Shown in pieces: positions 47,726 to 61,862 of a stretch of DNA of 64,000 bases. Both the position numbers and the translations under genes were made by a program. The first letter of the stretch is position 1, and each line of letters starts with the position of its first letter. The notes beneath the pieces are model-generated. The model saw only the letters and a list, made by a program, of their open reading frames with translations, had not been told where the DNA came from and made no database searches. Source of the DNA: Selaginella moellendorffii (taxonomy: Eukaryota > Plantae > Lycopodiophyta); contig NW_003314373.1 in assembly GCF_000143415.4 (NCBI RefSeq), forward strand, positions 310,001 to 374,000, read 5' to 3'.

Positions 47726-48970
47726 GTGGATCTACAACTTCATTTAGGCGGTGAGCTGCTTCTTATATATGTATTATCTCGATACGGTAGTTATGATTTC
47801 CAACATGAGGTCCACTCAACAAGAATGGCATCAACATCAAGGTTCCTTAACATCGATTTCACTGACAGCTACGGCATGCACCTTGCGACAGCTTTGATGG
47901 CAACCAATGCTACTAATAAATATAGCCACCTTTTCAAGTTAGGTCACTGGTTGTGTATTCAACACTACAAGGTTAGAGCTAAGAATCCGAAATATCATTT
48001 GGGGCTCCATTGTTTCTTAGTAGATATTTCTACGGCCACACATGTTTGAGCATGGCCAGAGAAGGCTCCTCTAGTGCTTGACTTTGTTAGGCCATCAAAC
48101 ATTGTTCCACTGAATCAGTTTGCAAGGGATGCTTCTGCTTATACTTCTGCAACGGTTGCTGCGGCAATCATTAGTGTGGACCAAATGCCTAACACTATAA
48201 ACATCATATTCATTGCTAATGATCTTGAAGCTGAAAACACTTATAAGGTATTTGTAATATTATGATTGAATTTTTTGGGTGAACTTCAAAAACAAGTGCA
48301 TGTGCTAGGTGATATGGACCATGTCTATCATGAGCTCAAATCGTCATGGTTTGCTAGGGACATGCCAAGTCATATTTTCTACAATCTCCGAGGAACTAAA
48401 GATAAAAATGTGTTCAGGATTGCACCCTCGACTATTGTCTTGAAAATTCCTGATGATATGCTTTGGGACCACATATAGAAACAACTGCACTTTATTTCAT
48501 TCATATATGGAAAAAACTTCTTTGGGGTATGTCTTTCTTGATCTTTACCAGTGGTTCATGATGCATATTTTGTCAATAGGTGCATGGCCACTTTATCCCT
48601 GAAAATCCTCGAGTGATCTCTATTTGTTGCGGCTGCCATGTTTGCAAAAAGTTCAAGGTCAAGAAACAAACACGAGATATTGGTTGGTGTCACCATTGCA
48701 AGAATGAACAACTGTTTTTTTAAATTTTGCAGGTCCATGGCAAATTCTATCCAGATAATGGCCACCCCCAAGACGTTTGCATGGAGGACACTTATATAGA
48801 CCAAACATATGGTCTTACTCCTGGCCAGTTTTTAAGAATGTTCACTTTTGCTTGGATGTCTGGGGCAATCAAGCTTTTGGAGACAAAGAAGCCACCAACA
48901 GGCCACTTCTTATTCTAGACTAGTGCCGATGAGAGCTTGCCAAAAGTTATTGCATTCAAGGCTGATTAAA
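47726..48970 (+). pseudogene. Degenerate RPA70-like OB-fold (ssDNA-binding) gene of the Helitron
   Basis: FLNIDFTDSYG..ATAL....NKYSHLFKLGHWLCIQHYKVRAKNPKY....F.VDI..AT.V follows the OB-fold pattern of Helitron-borne RPA genes; interrupted by stops. Confidence 0.5.
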
Positions 48971-49227
48971 GTACTATACACTTTCATTTCATGTTCCATA
49001 GTGTGTTTTTCTTTTTTGTTTGTATAATATACTGTCTATAAGCTTGCTACATAGTTGTATTTGAGATCAATTGTATTATTACAACTTCAAAGTCTCTTGC
49101 AAGAATCTCAGCCAAAGCAGGTATGCCAATCATCTTAGCGACTTCTTTAAAATGTAACAACACTGCCTCCACCACATATTTAACACTATTTCATATTTCT
49201 CTTGCAGAAAAGAAAAATGTGATAAGA

Positions 49228-49403
49228 ACCTTCCTGTTTGTTTGAGCATGTCCATCATCTTGGTCTGGAAAACTGGATCCACAACCTCCACGCTGACACC
49301 AGTGCCACTCTGCGGCATCGCAAAAACATCGATGACTCGGACAGTGTACTCATCCATAAAATCACCTAGCATGAGACCCATAACTTCCATTGGCACACCA
49401 GCT
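49228..49403 (-). pseudogene. RPN11: Captured exon of 26S proteasome subunit RPN11 (JAMM/MPN+), with the start of the following intron
   Basis: [58 protein letters not shown] is near-canonical RPN11. Confidence 0.92.
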
Positions 49404-51464
49404 TAGATGCGGGGTAAACCGGTAAATATCGGTTTCTTACCACACGTCCTTTTGAAATATTTTTGCGAGGTTTTGGGCCGGCCAGTGGGCACGTGGCACG
49501 GCCCCGGCTGGGGGAGGAGGGTGTGAGTGACACCCGTTTGCTTGCCTGGTAAAGCTCTCTTTTTTTCACCACAGCTCCTCCCAGCCACGGGGTTTCCAGG
49601 GGAAGCGGGAGAGGGGGCACTGCTGCCCAGCAGCGACAAGGACAGGGGATCGCTCGGTGATGCTGCATTCCCTTTTCCAGCAGAAGGAGCCCAAATCGCC
49701 TGAGTAGGATTTTGGCGACGAGCAGCTGCAATGGTGTGGCCGGAGGCATCGACAGGGAAGTAGCGGCCAGGGATTTTGCTGGAATGGATGGCGAGCAAGG
49801 GCGTGGCAGAGCCTGGAGGTGTGGAGGTGAGGCACGGGAATTCCTATTTTTGATCCAGCAGGGGATTCGCTTTGATCCATCACTCACCCACACAATAGAC
49901 ACAACAGTGGTGCGATGGGACAGGGAGCACAAACTCACACAGTAAGCAAAGCATTATCGCTCTGCTTGATAACACGTGCTTTGTTTTATTCGCTGAACAG
50001 GTCCCCGGAAAGCTTGGCAGCCGCTTTGCTCAATTTTTGGATGAGAGCCGAGCGAGCAAGCCATGTTCAAGACGATGGAGAGCCAATCATGCCCTGCAAG
50101 CTTTGACTGCTTACTTCCGTCTTGCAACCATCTTCGTTCCATACAAGGAAAGGAGAAAAAATGAGAAGAAGCATTCTCTCGGTTGGGGGACTGGGAGGAA
50201 AATAATTCACACGACCAAGTAAGCAGTAATGTGAGATAGATCCCTGTGGCCGAATGGAATTGGAGCTTAGTGTTCCTATTCACAACGAATTGGTGGCCAC
50301 ATATTCCCATGGTAGTTTCTCTCTTCCTCTTCTTTGTTCGTATTTTTAATAGTTTTGTTTCGTTTCAGGTTTTGGAGTGACTCTTCCAAGCAAGCAAGCA
50401 AGTGATGGACTGGTGGATATGGCTGCCAAACTCGCCGAGGGAACGAGCAGGATGGACAGACGCTTCATGGTGATGGAGATTCGTTGGCAATCCTCACGGC
50501 TTCGTTACGTCTTGGGGTCTGTGAGGCTGGAAAAGAAGAAGAGTGGAAATCCGCTACTCCATGCATATGATGTTGACAAGAGCTTGGAAGATTTCCAATG
50601 CTTGGAGATGATCACAAGAGAGTTTGGAAATTTTCAGAAGATCACAAGAGCTTCGAAGTTTTATTTTTGCTACTGGATGATTTTATCAACCAAGAACTCT
50701 CTGTTTTTACAGTTTGAGCAGCAAAGTTTTTGATCTTTGGGAAAGATTCCACTCACTGAAAACACACTGAAAAAGTCCTCATTATAATGTAACGTGGGAA
50801 GAATGATGAGCTGGATCCAACGGCCAGTGAGGCTCCACGTTCCCCCGGGGCTATGGTTTTCTCCTCCTGGGCCGCCACACGACGGGATGATCCTCCATTC
50901 GAGCTCGCAGATCTGAGGTGCCGTGCTGCTGCACGAATTCCCGGGCTGATCAATTGGAGCATGCACCTCGCAGATCCCAATTTGGTGGAGGAAACATGGC
51001 ACTCGCAGTGAGGTAGCAAAAATGTAAGTCTTGCGAGAAGACACTGTATCAGGTAACACACATCAATCTGCTCCTTTTTGGCATGCATCGAAAAGGTTAG
51101 TTTTTATGTCTGTCCATACCCCTCAGTAAATATCTTTTGCTTTCTATCTGCCCTAATAATTGATCTCCATTTCCAAAAGAAGCTGTTGAAAACAATGTCG
51201 CACCTTCGACATGTACTGAATGCTATTCGACACAAACATACACATTCCACATACAATAATAACGTTGAAAACACTAACCAGCACCAGCAGACATATAACT
51301 TTTACAACAGTAATATTCAAGAGGCTACACAGTATTGACATCAAACAAATCTTAATAATCAAACTGAACAGCAGTCAATTTCCAATTCCTATTTGCCCCC
51401 TTCACCTCAGATTTGCAGCACACTTGCTAGCAATTACCTATATAATGATACATCTGTTTTGACA

Positions 51465-54400
51465 ATGAATATAGGTCCTTTATCATATATTTGTAAATAT
51501 TGTCATGCCTCACACTTTGCCGATGAGAACAAGTCTATTTGTTGCCAGAGTGGACAGGTCTACCTGCCTCCAATACTTCCATTACCACCTTTTCTGTATT
51601 TTGTATATAACTCACACAAACACTTTAATTTCAAGAGTAATATAAGACAATATAATAGTGCACTTGCTTTCGCGTCTATGGGAGCTAGTATTGATACTTT
51701 TACAGGTCATGGTCCATACTGCTATAGAATTTATGGACAAATCTATCATAAAATTATGCCACAACATCCTTCAATACATCAAAATCCAAGTTACAGTCAA
51801 TTGTACATGCTAGACTCCAATGAGGCTACTGATATCAGAAAACAAAACCCTTTTAACATTAACTGTGATTATAATTTACTGCTTCAACTAGATAAGATAC
51901 TCCAACATATTAATCCATATGCACAAGCTTTTAGAATGATGTATGAATTGGAACGAGAAAATATTTCAAGAACTATTACTTCTGGTAGCAATTTACGTGG
52001 AGTATATATGCTCATTAAAAATGAAGGCACAGACCATCGTTGATATAATACTCCACAAACTAATGATGTTGCAATAGTTTTCCAAAATGAAGATGGTGTG
52101 CCACCTTTTGACCGTGAAATATGCATTCATCCAAAATCTTCAGAACCACAACATATATTTATTTTAAGTGTTAATTGTGATCCTATGGTTTATCCATTGC
52201 TTTTTCCATATGGAGATAGAGCCTGGCATGACAAGCTTTCTTCTAACAAGCATGTAACACTCCTTCAATATTATGCCTATCGTTTGTCCAAAAGATATTC
52301 AACATTATCAACCTCTACAGTTACATATGACCAAATTTTACATGCTGGAAAACTCACTCAACAATATATTGTGGATGCCTATGTTAAAAGTGAAAGCAAC
52401 AATTTACAATACTATAGATCTAATCAAAAAAGTATGAGAGTTGATTTTTATATAGATTTGATGGATTATGTTGCTGGCAAAGCTGCTGATGCAAATGCTC
52501 GACCAGGAAAAATATTTTACCTTCTACTTTTACAGGAAGCCCAAGAGTTATGCAACAAAATTACCAAGATGCTATGGCAATTGTAACAAAATATGCAAAA
52601 CCTGATATTTTCATAACTTTCACTTGCAACCCTAAATGGCCTGAGATATTACAGAATCTGCACCCGAAGGACCTGCTAGGGTTTTTAACATGAAGTTAAA
52701 ATATTTTCTTCATGATATTACACAAAATAATATCTTTGGAAGATGTATTGCATTTATATATGTCATTGAATTCCAAAAAAGAGGTTTGCCACATTGTCAT
52801 TTCCTAAGTATATTAGACAATGAAAGTAAAATTAAAGACCTTGTCACTATTAACCAATATGTATCTGCTCAATTATCTGACCCTTTATCAGAGAATAAAC
52901 TATTTGAAATAATCACATCACATATGATACATGGTCCATATGGATTACTAAATCCTCAAAGTCTATGTATGGAAAACAAAAAATGCTCCAAAAACTATCC
53001 CAAAAACTTCAATGACAGGACTATATATTGTGTGCATGGGTACCCAGAATATTTTAGGCTAAACAAGCCACACCTTTCTTAAAAATGATGTTCCAATTGA
53101 TAATAGATGGATTGTCCCATATAATAAATAGTTATGTAAAAAATACAAAGCCCATATAAATGTAGAAATATGTGCATCAATTAAAAGTATTAAGTATCTT
53201 TTTCAATATGTTTATAAAGGATATGATTGTGCAACCATTGAAATCCAAACAGCTACTCAGTCTGAAAACGTATTAAATTGGGATGAAATCACGAATTTTA
53301 TAAATACCCGATACATTTCAGTACTAGAAGCTATTTGGAGGATATTTAAATTTAAAATGCATGGACGCTCACACCCTATAATATGTTTACCCGTACATCT
53401 TCCTGACTTCCAAAATGTGTATTTTACAGAAGGCTTGGAGCACAATGCCTTGCAAAGAGCAGCACGTAATGGAACAATGCTAACAAAATAGTTTAAACTC
53501 AATATTCATGATCTAAATGCAAGACAATATACCTACATTGAAATATCTTTACATTATGTTTTCAATAAATCTACTAATGTATGGCAATGTCGAAAAAAGA
53601 AAAAGGTTATTCCTCGACTATACTCAATATCTCCTCTAAATACTGAGTTGTACCACTTACGTATTATTCTTCTTCATAAAAGAGGTGTGACATCCTTCGA
53701 CAATATTAAAATAGTTAATAATGTAACTTATCAAAACTTTTAACAATTTGCTATTGCTATGGGTCTTCTTGATGATGATAACAAGTGGTATAACTGTTTA
53801 CAAAAAGCATACAATTTTCAAATGCTTACACAATTGTGTCAACTCTTTACTTTCATATATATTTTTTACAATCCACAAGACCCATCATATCTTTGGGATG
53901 TTTTTAAGGGTTAGCTCTCTGAAGATTTTGGTAGAACAAATATTGTATGCCAATATAAACTTGCTTTAATAGACATTAACTCAAGAATGAAAATACATGG
54001 TAAAACAAACCAATTATACAACTTACCTATCCCAATCCGAAATATCTCTATTCAATCAATACCAAATTGCAACCATTCATGTACCAAAATTTACCATCAT
54101 ATTAGAAACTGGAATGCTGAACAATTAATTATATTCAATGAAATTATTAACATTATCAAGTGCCCAACCTATACCAACCATTTTATTTTTATTGATAGCC
54201 CTGGCGGTACTAGTAAAATATATTTATTAAATACAATGGTAAAATATTTTGAGTTTTACAATAAAAAAAGTGGTTTTTATGGCATGGACAAGCATTGCAA
54301 GCACACTACTACACAATGGACAAACGTCCCATACAACCTTTATGTTACCAGTTCCAATTAATAATACATCCATTTCTAATTTAACACCTAATAACAGTGC

Positions 54401-55410
54401 CGGTAGATCTATGAAAGCAATACAAGTGTTTATTTGGGATGAAATTAGTATAGTTCATACACTTGCCTTTTCAGTTGTCGACTGCTGCCTACGAGACTTG
54501 AAACAGAACAATTCTCCATTTGGTGGCATTATTATTGTTATAAGTGGTGACTTCTGTCAAACATTATCAATTGTCCCACACAGTTATTAAACACAAATTG
54601 TTTCCACATCTGTAAGAATGAATAGTCTATAGAATTTATTTAGAAAGTTCCAATTGCAAATAAATATGCGGCTTGGCCCCAAGTTCCCAGACTGGGCAGA
54701 ATAGCTATTGAAAGTCGGTGATGGAAATAATTACACACAAAACCCTATTTTACCACTTGATTCTATCCTTTTTCCTTCAGAACTAATTAAAAGTACCTCT
54801 ATTACTGATTTTGTATTCCCATGTATCGAAGACATTTCAAATGTTCAAATTGCAGCAAATAAAGCCATTTTAACACCTCTCAATGATGATATATTTCCAA
54901 TTAACAACAACATTATCTCTCAATTACTAAGTCCACCTCAAATTTATACTAGCATTGACTCTGTTGATGTTGAACACCCGAGAAATATGCCTCCAACAAT
55001 TGGATTATGCAATGGAACTCAACTAATGGTCAAAAGAACTTCACCTAAAGTTTTGGACTGTGAAATAATTATAAGTGAATTTAAAGGTACTAGAACTTTT
55101 ATCCCACGCATTAACTTAACACCTTCTAATTCAGATGTTCCATTCCATATGTTTCGAAAACAATTTCCTCTTCATCTTGGATACTGCTTAACAATTTCAA
55201 AATGCAAAGGTTAAACATTTGATCGTATAGGCATCTACTTACCTCAGTCAGTCTTTACTCATGGGCAGCTCTATATTGCACTCTCAAGATGCATATCACC
55301 ACAACAACTTGCAATTCGAGTTGACACAACTCATATACAAGGCCACTTAATTCCATTCAATTCATCAACATTCATCATCAATACTGTATACAAAAAAACT
55401 TTATATTAAC
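51465..55410 (+). pseudogene. Helitron Rep/PIF1-helicase (RepHel), disrupted
   Basis: FITFTCNPKWPEI, VIEFQKRGLPHCH (HUH), KYLFQYVYKG, FIDSPGGTSK, IWDEIS, PFGG..VISGDFCQ, GLCNGT, RKQFPL and VFTHGQLYIALSR; many stops and frameshifts. Confidence 0.95.
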
Positions 55411-56659
55411 TAACTCCTATCCTACTACACCTTAAAACATAAAAACAAACTACAATAAACTTTGTTTATTTTTTAACTTTCCCTATGGCCCAATGGATAG
55501 CAATGGACTGGTGCTAGAGATGGAAGAATCATCTCACAAGGAAATTGTGAGATGTGAGCAAGTTCTGTCACAAAGATATGTTAGTGAGTTTGAGAAGCTT
55601 TGCCAACTACCTAGCATTGGCTGGGCAAATACTAGTGTAATCTATAAATCTCAATTACAAACAATGTATAAAGAGTTTAGAGCAAATTCAAAAGTTTTGT
55701 GTTTGATTGGTGATGTTGGAAGTTTAGCCAAAGGATTACTTCACTATTACAGTGTTAGTGACTAACATGTTTATGCTGTTTGAGTAAATAGCTAAAGTAT
55801 TAAATGCAATTATATATTAAAGAGCTAAAATTTTTAAGTGTAACGATACAGTAGAAAGTGGACTTGGCAAATGGGACATACTAAATGCTAAGAATAAGAA
55901 AAGATTATGCTTATAAGTTTAAAATAAAGTTTTTGATACATTACTCAAAAAATCATAGGTTAACCTGTAGTGAGAGCCTTTGACTGTTAATAACGTGGCA
56001 AGCTGGGTGCAGACGTTATTGATAGTCAACAGGCAAGCATATGCATGGTCACTGGCCCTCACAGGCAGGCCCAGATGTGGTTATGACACGTGGCAACATT
56101 TGAGAAGTGTATAGCAACTGTATATGTTCTCAGAACAAGCAAGGGACCTATGAAAGTTCATTATAACTTCATAGAAAATGGCTTTCAAATGATAAATTAT
56201 TTTAACAATAGTATCTATTATTAATAATATTTATTTTTTATATTTATTTCATCTAAAGGGATCACTTCTCTTACTTTGTCTATGCCAGCTATGATAGAGA
56301 TCTCTCTGCCATGACGTTATATCAGGAGGGAATGATTGAAAAGGAATTAAAAGTGTCAATGACCATGGCTCAATAAATGGTTTCATAGCAAGGACATGGG
56401 CAAGATCGGATAATGAAGATGTTAAAATGATGATAATGACATTTTCTGTATATTCACTGAGCTGCTTGATTTGGTTGAACCAACATATAAAATGTCTAAC
56501 AGGTTTAGTTTGGTATGCAGTATTTTATTATGTTTTTTTAATCTAATATTATTCTACTAAAGTTACTAAAGTTATAACCACTAAACTTTGTATACTCCTC
56601 ACAAGAATATTGCACATAATGCAACCATAGTCCATTGGAGTCATTGTCATAGCCTGATG

Positions 56660-58252
56660 GTCCCAAGTGCATACACAGTGGATTTATCTCAAAACTTGGT
56701 TCTTCTTGATCATCATCGATGGAATCTGATCAACAGAAGGGTGTCATTGGAAAGAAATCAAAGCTTGCTTGTTTACCTTGTGCCTGTTGCTAGTCACTCC
56801 TTGCTGCTGAGTCTGCTGTTCCACCCCTTTTGGAGAATTTTCATGAAGGTAAATTTTGTTGTTGGCAATGGGGGCTGCATATCTAGAATGTGAGAGAAAA
56901 AAGCTTAGCAATCGAATCGAGAGACTAAGGCTTAATTTGCTTGCCTGGTGAGTTCTTCCTGCATTCAACGATTTGGACACTCCATCCATGCTTAGATGCA
57001 CAAACCTTGTATAAGCTTCTTTTCCTTTGTTATCCTGTTCTTCACAAACTTGGAAAACTTGAGAGTGCTGTAAGAAACTCCTTACAAACATGATGTTTAC
57101 CTCCACAATGCTGCTCCCTTCTCATGCATCATAATAAATGGCAACATTCTTGAGAAAAATCTTATGTACAAGCCAATAACATGAATTTTTTATCACCATA
57201 TCAAATGTGTTTGACTTAATGATAATTTAGGATTTCCTTTTATAATGCCTTTTTGGTCTATGTGCACACTTGCTGATAAGTGGAGACCAATAAAAAGAAT
57301 TAAAAGTATCAACCTCTTGCCATTATAACAGTAAGGAGAGAAAGAGAGTGAGAAAGAGTGGTTTTTTACCTCTTCTTCTGGAAACATACTTAGCGATGTA
57401 TACTTTGCAAAGTCTACCATTCTTGATCTTCAAGCATCACATAGAGACATAGCAAAATTTAAAAAGCGAAGGAAAGCTTGAACAGCTGATAGAAAATAAA
57501 AGAGTTGAAAGAAAAATTGCATGAAAAGAGCTAGTTTACGGAATAAAGGTCCAGTGTTGTGCTCTGCTTGCAGGATGCCAAGCACAGTGTTCTTGCAGTA
57601 CTGCCCAAGTATGGGCCTAAAGAACAATTGCTCAAAGTTTTCTTCCTTGCAAGCAGTAGAATTTTTCGGCACTCACTGGTATAGATGCTGGTCCCTCGTG
57701 GAGATTTAAAATACTCTCTGCCAGAACTGGTGGCTCATGCCTGGCTATCAATAAGACTAGAGACCAATGAAAGGACTTCAGAAGTGATGTGAAGCACCTG
57801 TGAACGAAGTGGATCAGTTTTTTTGTTGTTCGAATTCTAAATTCGTTATCACATTTTCTATCCTCTACCAAAATCCGGCCTGATCGAACAGCATCAACCT
57901 GCAAGTAAAACGCCAGGTTTGAAAAACTCATATAATACTCATACGGCCTTTGCCTGAATTCGTCGGCAAACATGTCCACGACTGTCTTTCCAGACCATCG
58001 CTGTTTCATCTGAGCAACAAGAAAAAAGAGAAAATCAAGTTTTTCTTTCGAAATCGGCGAAACAAAAAAAAGAGAGAGAGCTAATTTCTTTCAAAACCAC
58101 GTACATGAGCAAGAACTCGAAATACTACGGTAGCACGAATCGCATTTCATTGTGACACAATGAAATGCAGGCAGTAGCTCACGGGCAGAGCATTCCATCG
58201 TATCTTACCTCCCACGATGATGTAATGCGAGGGGGTTCTCCCACGTCTCCAT
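56660..58252 (-). pseudogene. RluA-family RNA pseudouridine synthase (plant PUS7/RIB2-like) pseudogene, intron-containing
   Basis: KQRWSGKTVVDMFADEF..RPYEYY, HFVHRHEPPV, GQYCKNTVLGIL, GRTHQ and PIANN; catalytic HRLD not found; stops present. Confidence 0.78.
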
Positions 58253-58405
58253 TGCTGTCTAGACCCTAAACATTGTTTAAAAAGTTAGTATATTTTTTAT
58301 TTCAAGCTAAAGGTATTTTTAATATTAATAATCAATGGGAGGTTAGCCATAATTTAGTTAAGATTGTGCATTTTCCATTAATTTGATTATTACCAAGTCA
58401 CTCTT

Positions 58406-61400
58406 TTAAGAAGGTGTTACTTCGAAGTACACAGCGTATTTTTCATCACTGTAGGAAGAGAGTGGAAACATCAGGTAAGTGTCGTTGTCACCATAAGCCT
58501 CAAAACTCATGGGATGATACGAGGCTCTTCCCGCGGTCACACCGAAACTGGCTGCCATCTTGTTGAATCTTTCGCACTCAAGAGTGATATCCCTTCCTTG
58601 AGCAACCAAGAAGCAACCTTGGATGCCGCTGGCCTCGAAAGAAATTTCTCCCGGATGACCAGAGAGCGCTGAACGTAGCTTAAACACCGAAGAACTCGAG
58701 GGGAAACCCGAGCTCTTGCCGTTAGTAAGCCTGACACCATCTTCAATCCCAAAATGAGTGACAAACCTCCCCGGCCGATTCAAGAGCTCGAGAGATACCT
58801 CCCGATCGAGCAGCAAGCTTGTAACATCCTTGACTTGAAACTTCTCTATCGTCTTCAGAGATGGTAGTAACTTAAGTCTGAAAGTTGCGAGAGGAGCTTC
58901 TTCGGAGCCGTGTTGAGGCTTGCTGATCATGGACAACGCTCCATCGCTGCTTGCTGCTAGATACTGGAGCTTTCCTTGTTGGAGTTGCGTGAAGCTAAAC
59001 AGATTACTGTCACGCACCGGTTTTATCCATCTCGAAGGAGTCGATACGTTGACGGATCCAAGTTTATAATTGCCATCGCTCATCCCAGCCAGGAGGTAAG
59101 GACCGTAGTATATCGCGTAGAGCGATGAGTACTTTGAGCGCTCATCTAGATCATTTTCAAAAGCGAGTGTAAAACTTATATCGAGAGCTTCCATTCGTTA
59201 CCTTGGATCTTTTCGAGCCTTAGCATGGCCGAGAAGGTAAAGGATAATTTATCTCCGGTCTTCCATTCTCGTGACACATCGAAGAACGTTCCTGTGAGAA
59301 TCGAGCTTTAGAGAATCCAATCCATGCTATATGCCAGGAAACGAAAGAACCCGTACCTGGTGTTAAGTTTTGAAGCTCAAGTCCGTTGAGAAGGCACCTG
59401 GAGGATTGAGCCCAGTAAGGCACCCGAACGGACAACTTTGCTTCGCTAGTTTTTCCAAGCACAAGCTTCTGCAAGTTTCGCTTCAACAAAACTGGCCAGA
59501 GGAGAAAATTTTAGCCTCACCTGTGTGAAATTGAATGTGACCGTCATCACAGGATCAGTCGAGGTCATATGATAAACCCGTTGATCTACGCTGAGACCAG
59601 CGGCAGTCCACAAAACTTTAGACGACAAATATTGGATCACGTATAGCTGTGGAGTGTCTTGTACTTCATCTGTGAAGTAAATGGAGTCTCCAAGCTTGGA
59701 AAAAGACTCGATTGCTACAAACATGTGCAAGTTTTGGACATAAGAAGGAGAAGAGAAGAACATACCGGTTCCATAGCAGCACCAGAAAGACGAAAATGGT
59801 GTTCCCCAGCCATGATAGGACGTCGCTTTGGAGCTTCCAGGGGCAAGAGGAAGCATGTAGATCATAACTCCAGGCTCTTTTCCTCGTTGAATTGTGAGAA
59901 CCCCGTTGATTAACGCTCTCTCGTAGAAATCAGCGTAATGCATTTGCTTTGTCCAGCGGAAGAGATTTCGTGCCACCTAAAGCAGTCAAACAGCATGTAA
60001 CGATAAAACTAAAAAAGAGAAAAGACTTCCTAATAGAAACCTTGAGCATGTTGTAAGTTGTACAAGATTCCTCGTTTTCGGTTCCCAGAGTATCTCCAAG
60101 TCTACTCGGATCGGACCTGAATTATAAACAGGCCCAGATCTCAGATTGAGCTTACTTGATAAATCCTTACCAGAATTCGCCGGCAGACGTCCCCCCTGTA
60201 GCATATGTATGGGAGGAGCTCACGATTTTCATGAAATATTCGCTTAAATCCTGAAAAAAAACTCGCTAACTCTCATGCTTACAACTGGATTAAAAGCTGG
60301 ACCTTATAAAGCTTATCACCCACAACTTCGTACCGCAATTGAGCACCAATCACAATGGGTATGTGAGTGTTGGCATGAAAGCCCGATATGCTATCAGCCT
60401 GGAAAAATTACCAGAAAAAAAAGAAGGCAAGCAAAAATGTAAGAAAGAAAACAGAAGAAAACAGAAGAATTACCCGAACAGCCAACAATCCTAGGAAACA
60501 TGGTTTATCAAACAAGTGTGCCAACTTTAAGTGTTTCGCATCTCCCTGAGAATGGTTTTTTCGTCAGGATCAACCAAGCCAAGCTGTGAAGAGCTTACCG
60601 TAATTTGATAGACACGATACAAGACATCGTTCATCCCGCCAGTCTCCTCGTTTAGTGATTGCCAGTGTCTCTCGATGCTATACTTCTCAATGACCCTCTC
60701 AACGCGGCTCCCAAAGTAATCAGTCATGCCTAACAGCATCTCGAATGCAAGACTGTTCGCGGCGTACGTATACTGATCCAAAAGTCCTGCCATAATCTTT
60801 CAAGGGAACAAAAAAAACACAGGACTACGTTGGAAGTTCAAGGAAAAAAAAAACAAGAAAGCTCTATACCTTGTGAATCGTGTAGTATGGTGCCCAAACA
60901 GACTCCAGAGCTTCGAAACGATCAAACAAGCTGGTTGGAAAAGCAGACAAGTATCCAGTTCCAATCTTTGCCTGGCACTCGGCCAAAGCTGCTACAACAG
61001 CATTCATGTTTTCGTAGATGGTGAGGTTGTGAGTGGAGGCCCAAGTCATTGCACTCGCACTGAGATAATGCCCTGCAAATGGAAACTTAAGATCACCGAG
61101 GAAAGAATCGTTTCACACATACCCACGAAATGGCCCCGGAGCTCTGAGGTCGGAAGCTCCCATCCTCCATAGGCCGATCCCGAGGCGTTCAACCCAGCAG
61201 TGGTTCTAAAACTATACACCAAGTTGTCCACATCGAGCATCAGCAAGTAGTCGAGATTGGTTTGCTGCGCAATTGCCTGCCACGAATCCGGCAAAAGCCT
61301 CACGTCGTGCAGTGAAACAGCCTCAAGAAAGGAATTGTTTCGCTGCTGCTGGAGGACTCTCCTCCTGGAGAATTCTAGCGAACCTGTGGCGGTGGTGGTG

Positions 61401-61564
61401 TTCCAGCTGCTGGCGGTGGACGTGAGCTCCAGGCCGGAATCGAATGCCGCGAGGAGCTGAGACCGCAAGGTGTGTGAAACCCCAGTGTTGGTGCACATCT
61501 TTCCATGGCCAAGCGGGCAGAGGAGTGGCAGCAGAGTGAGTACCAGGAGCGAGAAAGGGATCAT
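58406..61564 (-). CDS. Secreted GH127/GH146-family (DUF1680) beta-L-arabinofuranosidase-like glycosidase, multi-exon
   Basis: Signal peptide, ELRGHFVGHYLSA, WAPYYTIHK, NEETGGMND, HANTHIP, ESCTTYNMLK, SFWCCYGTG and YGPYLLAG. Confidence 0.92.
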
Positions 61565-61862
61565 CGTTCGCCTTCTAGACTTCCTGGAAAAGAAACAAGA
61601 AGATCATGGAAAGATCAAGCTTAAGAACAAGCAAGGATGTAAATAAAAGATCCTAAAAAGAGAAAAATAAGGAGAGAAACCCCTTGTCTGGTTTCGATGA
61701 TGCTGCATTATCCTCTAGCGCAATGATCCTCCATTCCTTGGAATGCAAGGAAAGCTACCATCACAAACCATCTCCACTCTCGATGCAATCATAAACTTTG
61801 CTTCTTTAGATAGCTTCTCAAGAAATTGCATGATCATTCGAGTCCAAGACCTCCTTTTTGCA

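Larger units (their letters stand above)
45274..55517 (+). mobile_element. Degenerate Helitron (rolling-circle transposon), about 10.2 kb, with captured gene fragments
   Basis: 5' A|TCTAGTACTATAA; candidate 3' end is an imperfect hairpin gcccaatg-gatag-caatggac followed by CTAG at 55514-55517; internal Rep/helicase and RPA-like remnants. Confidence 0.82.
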
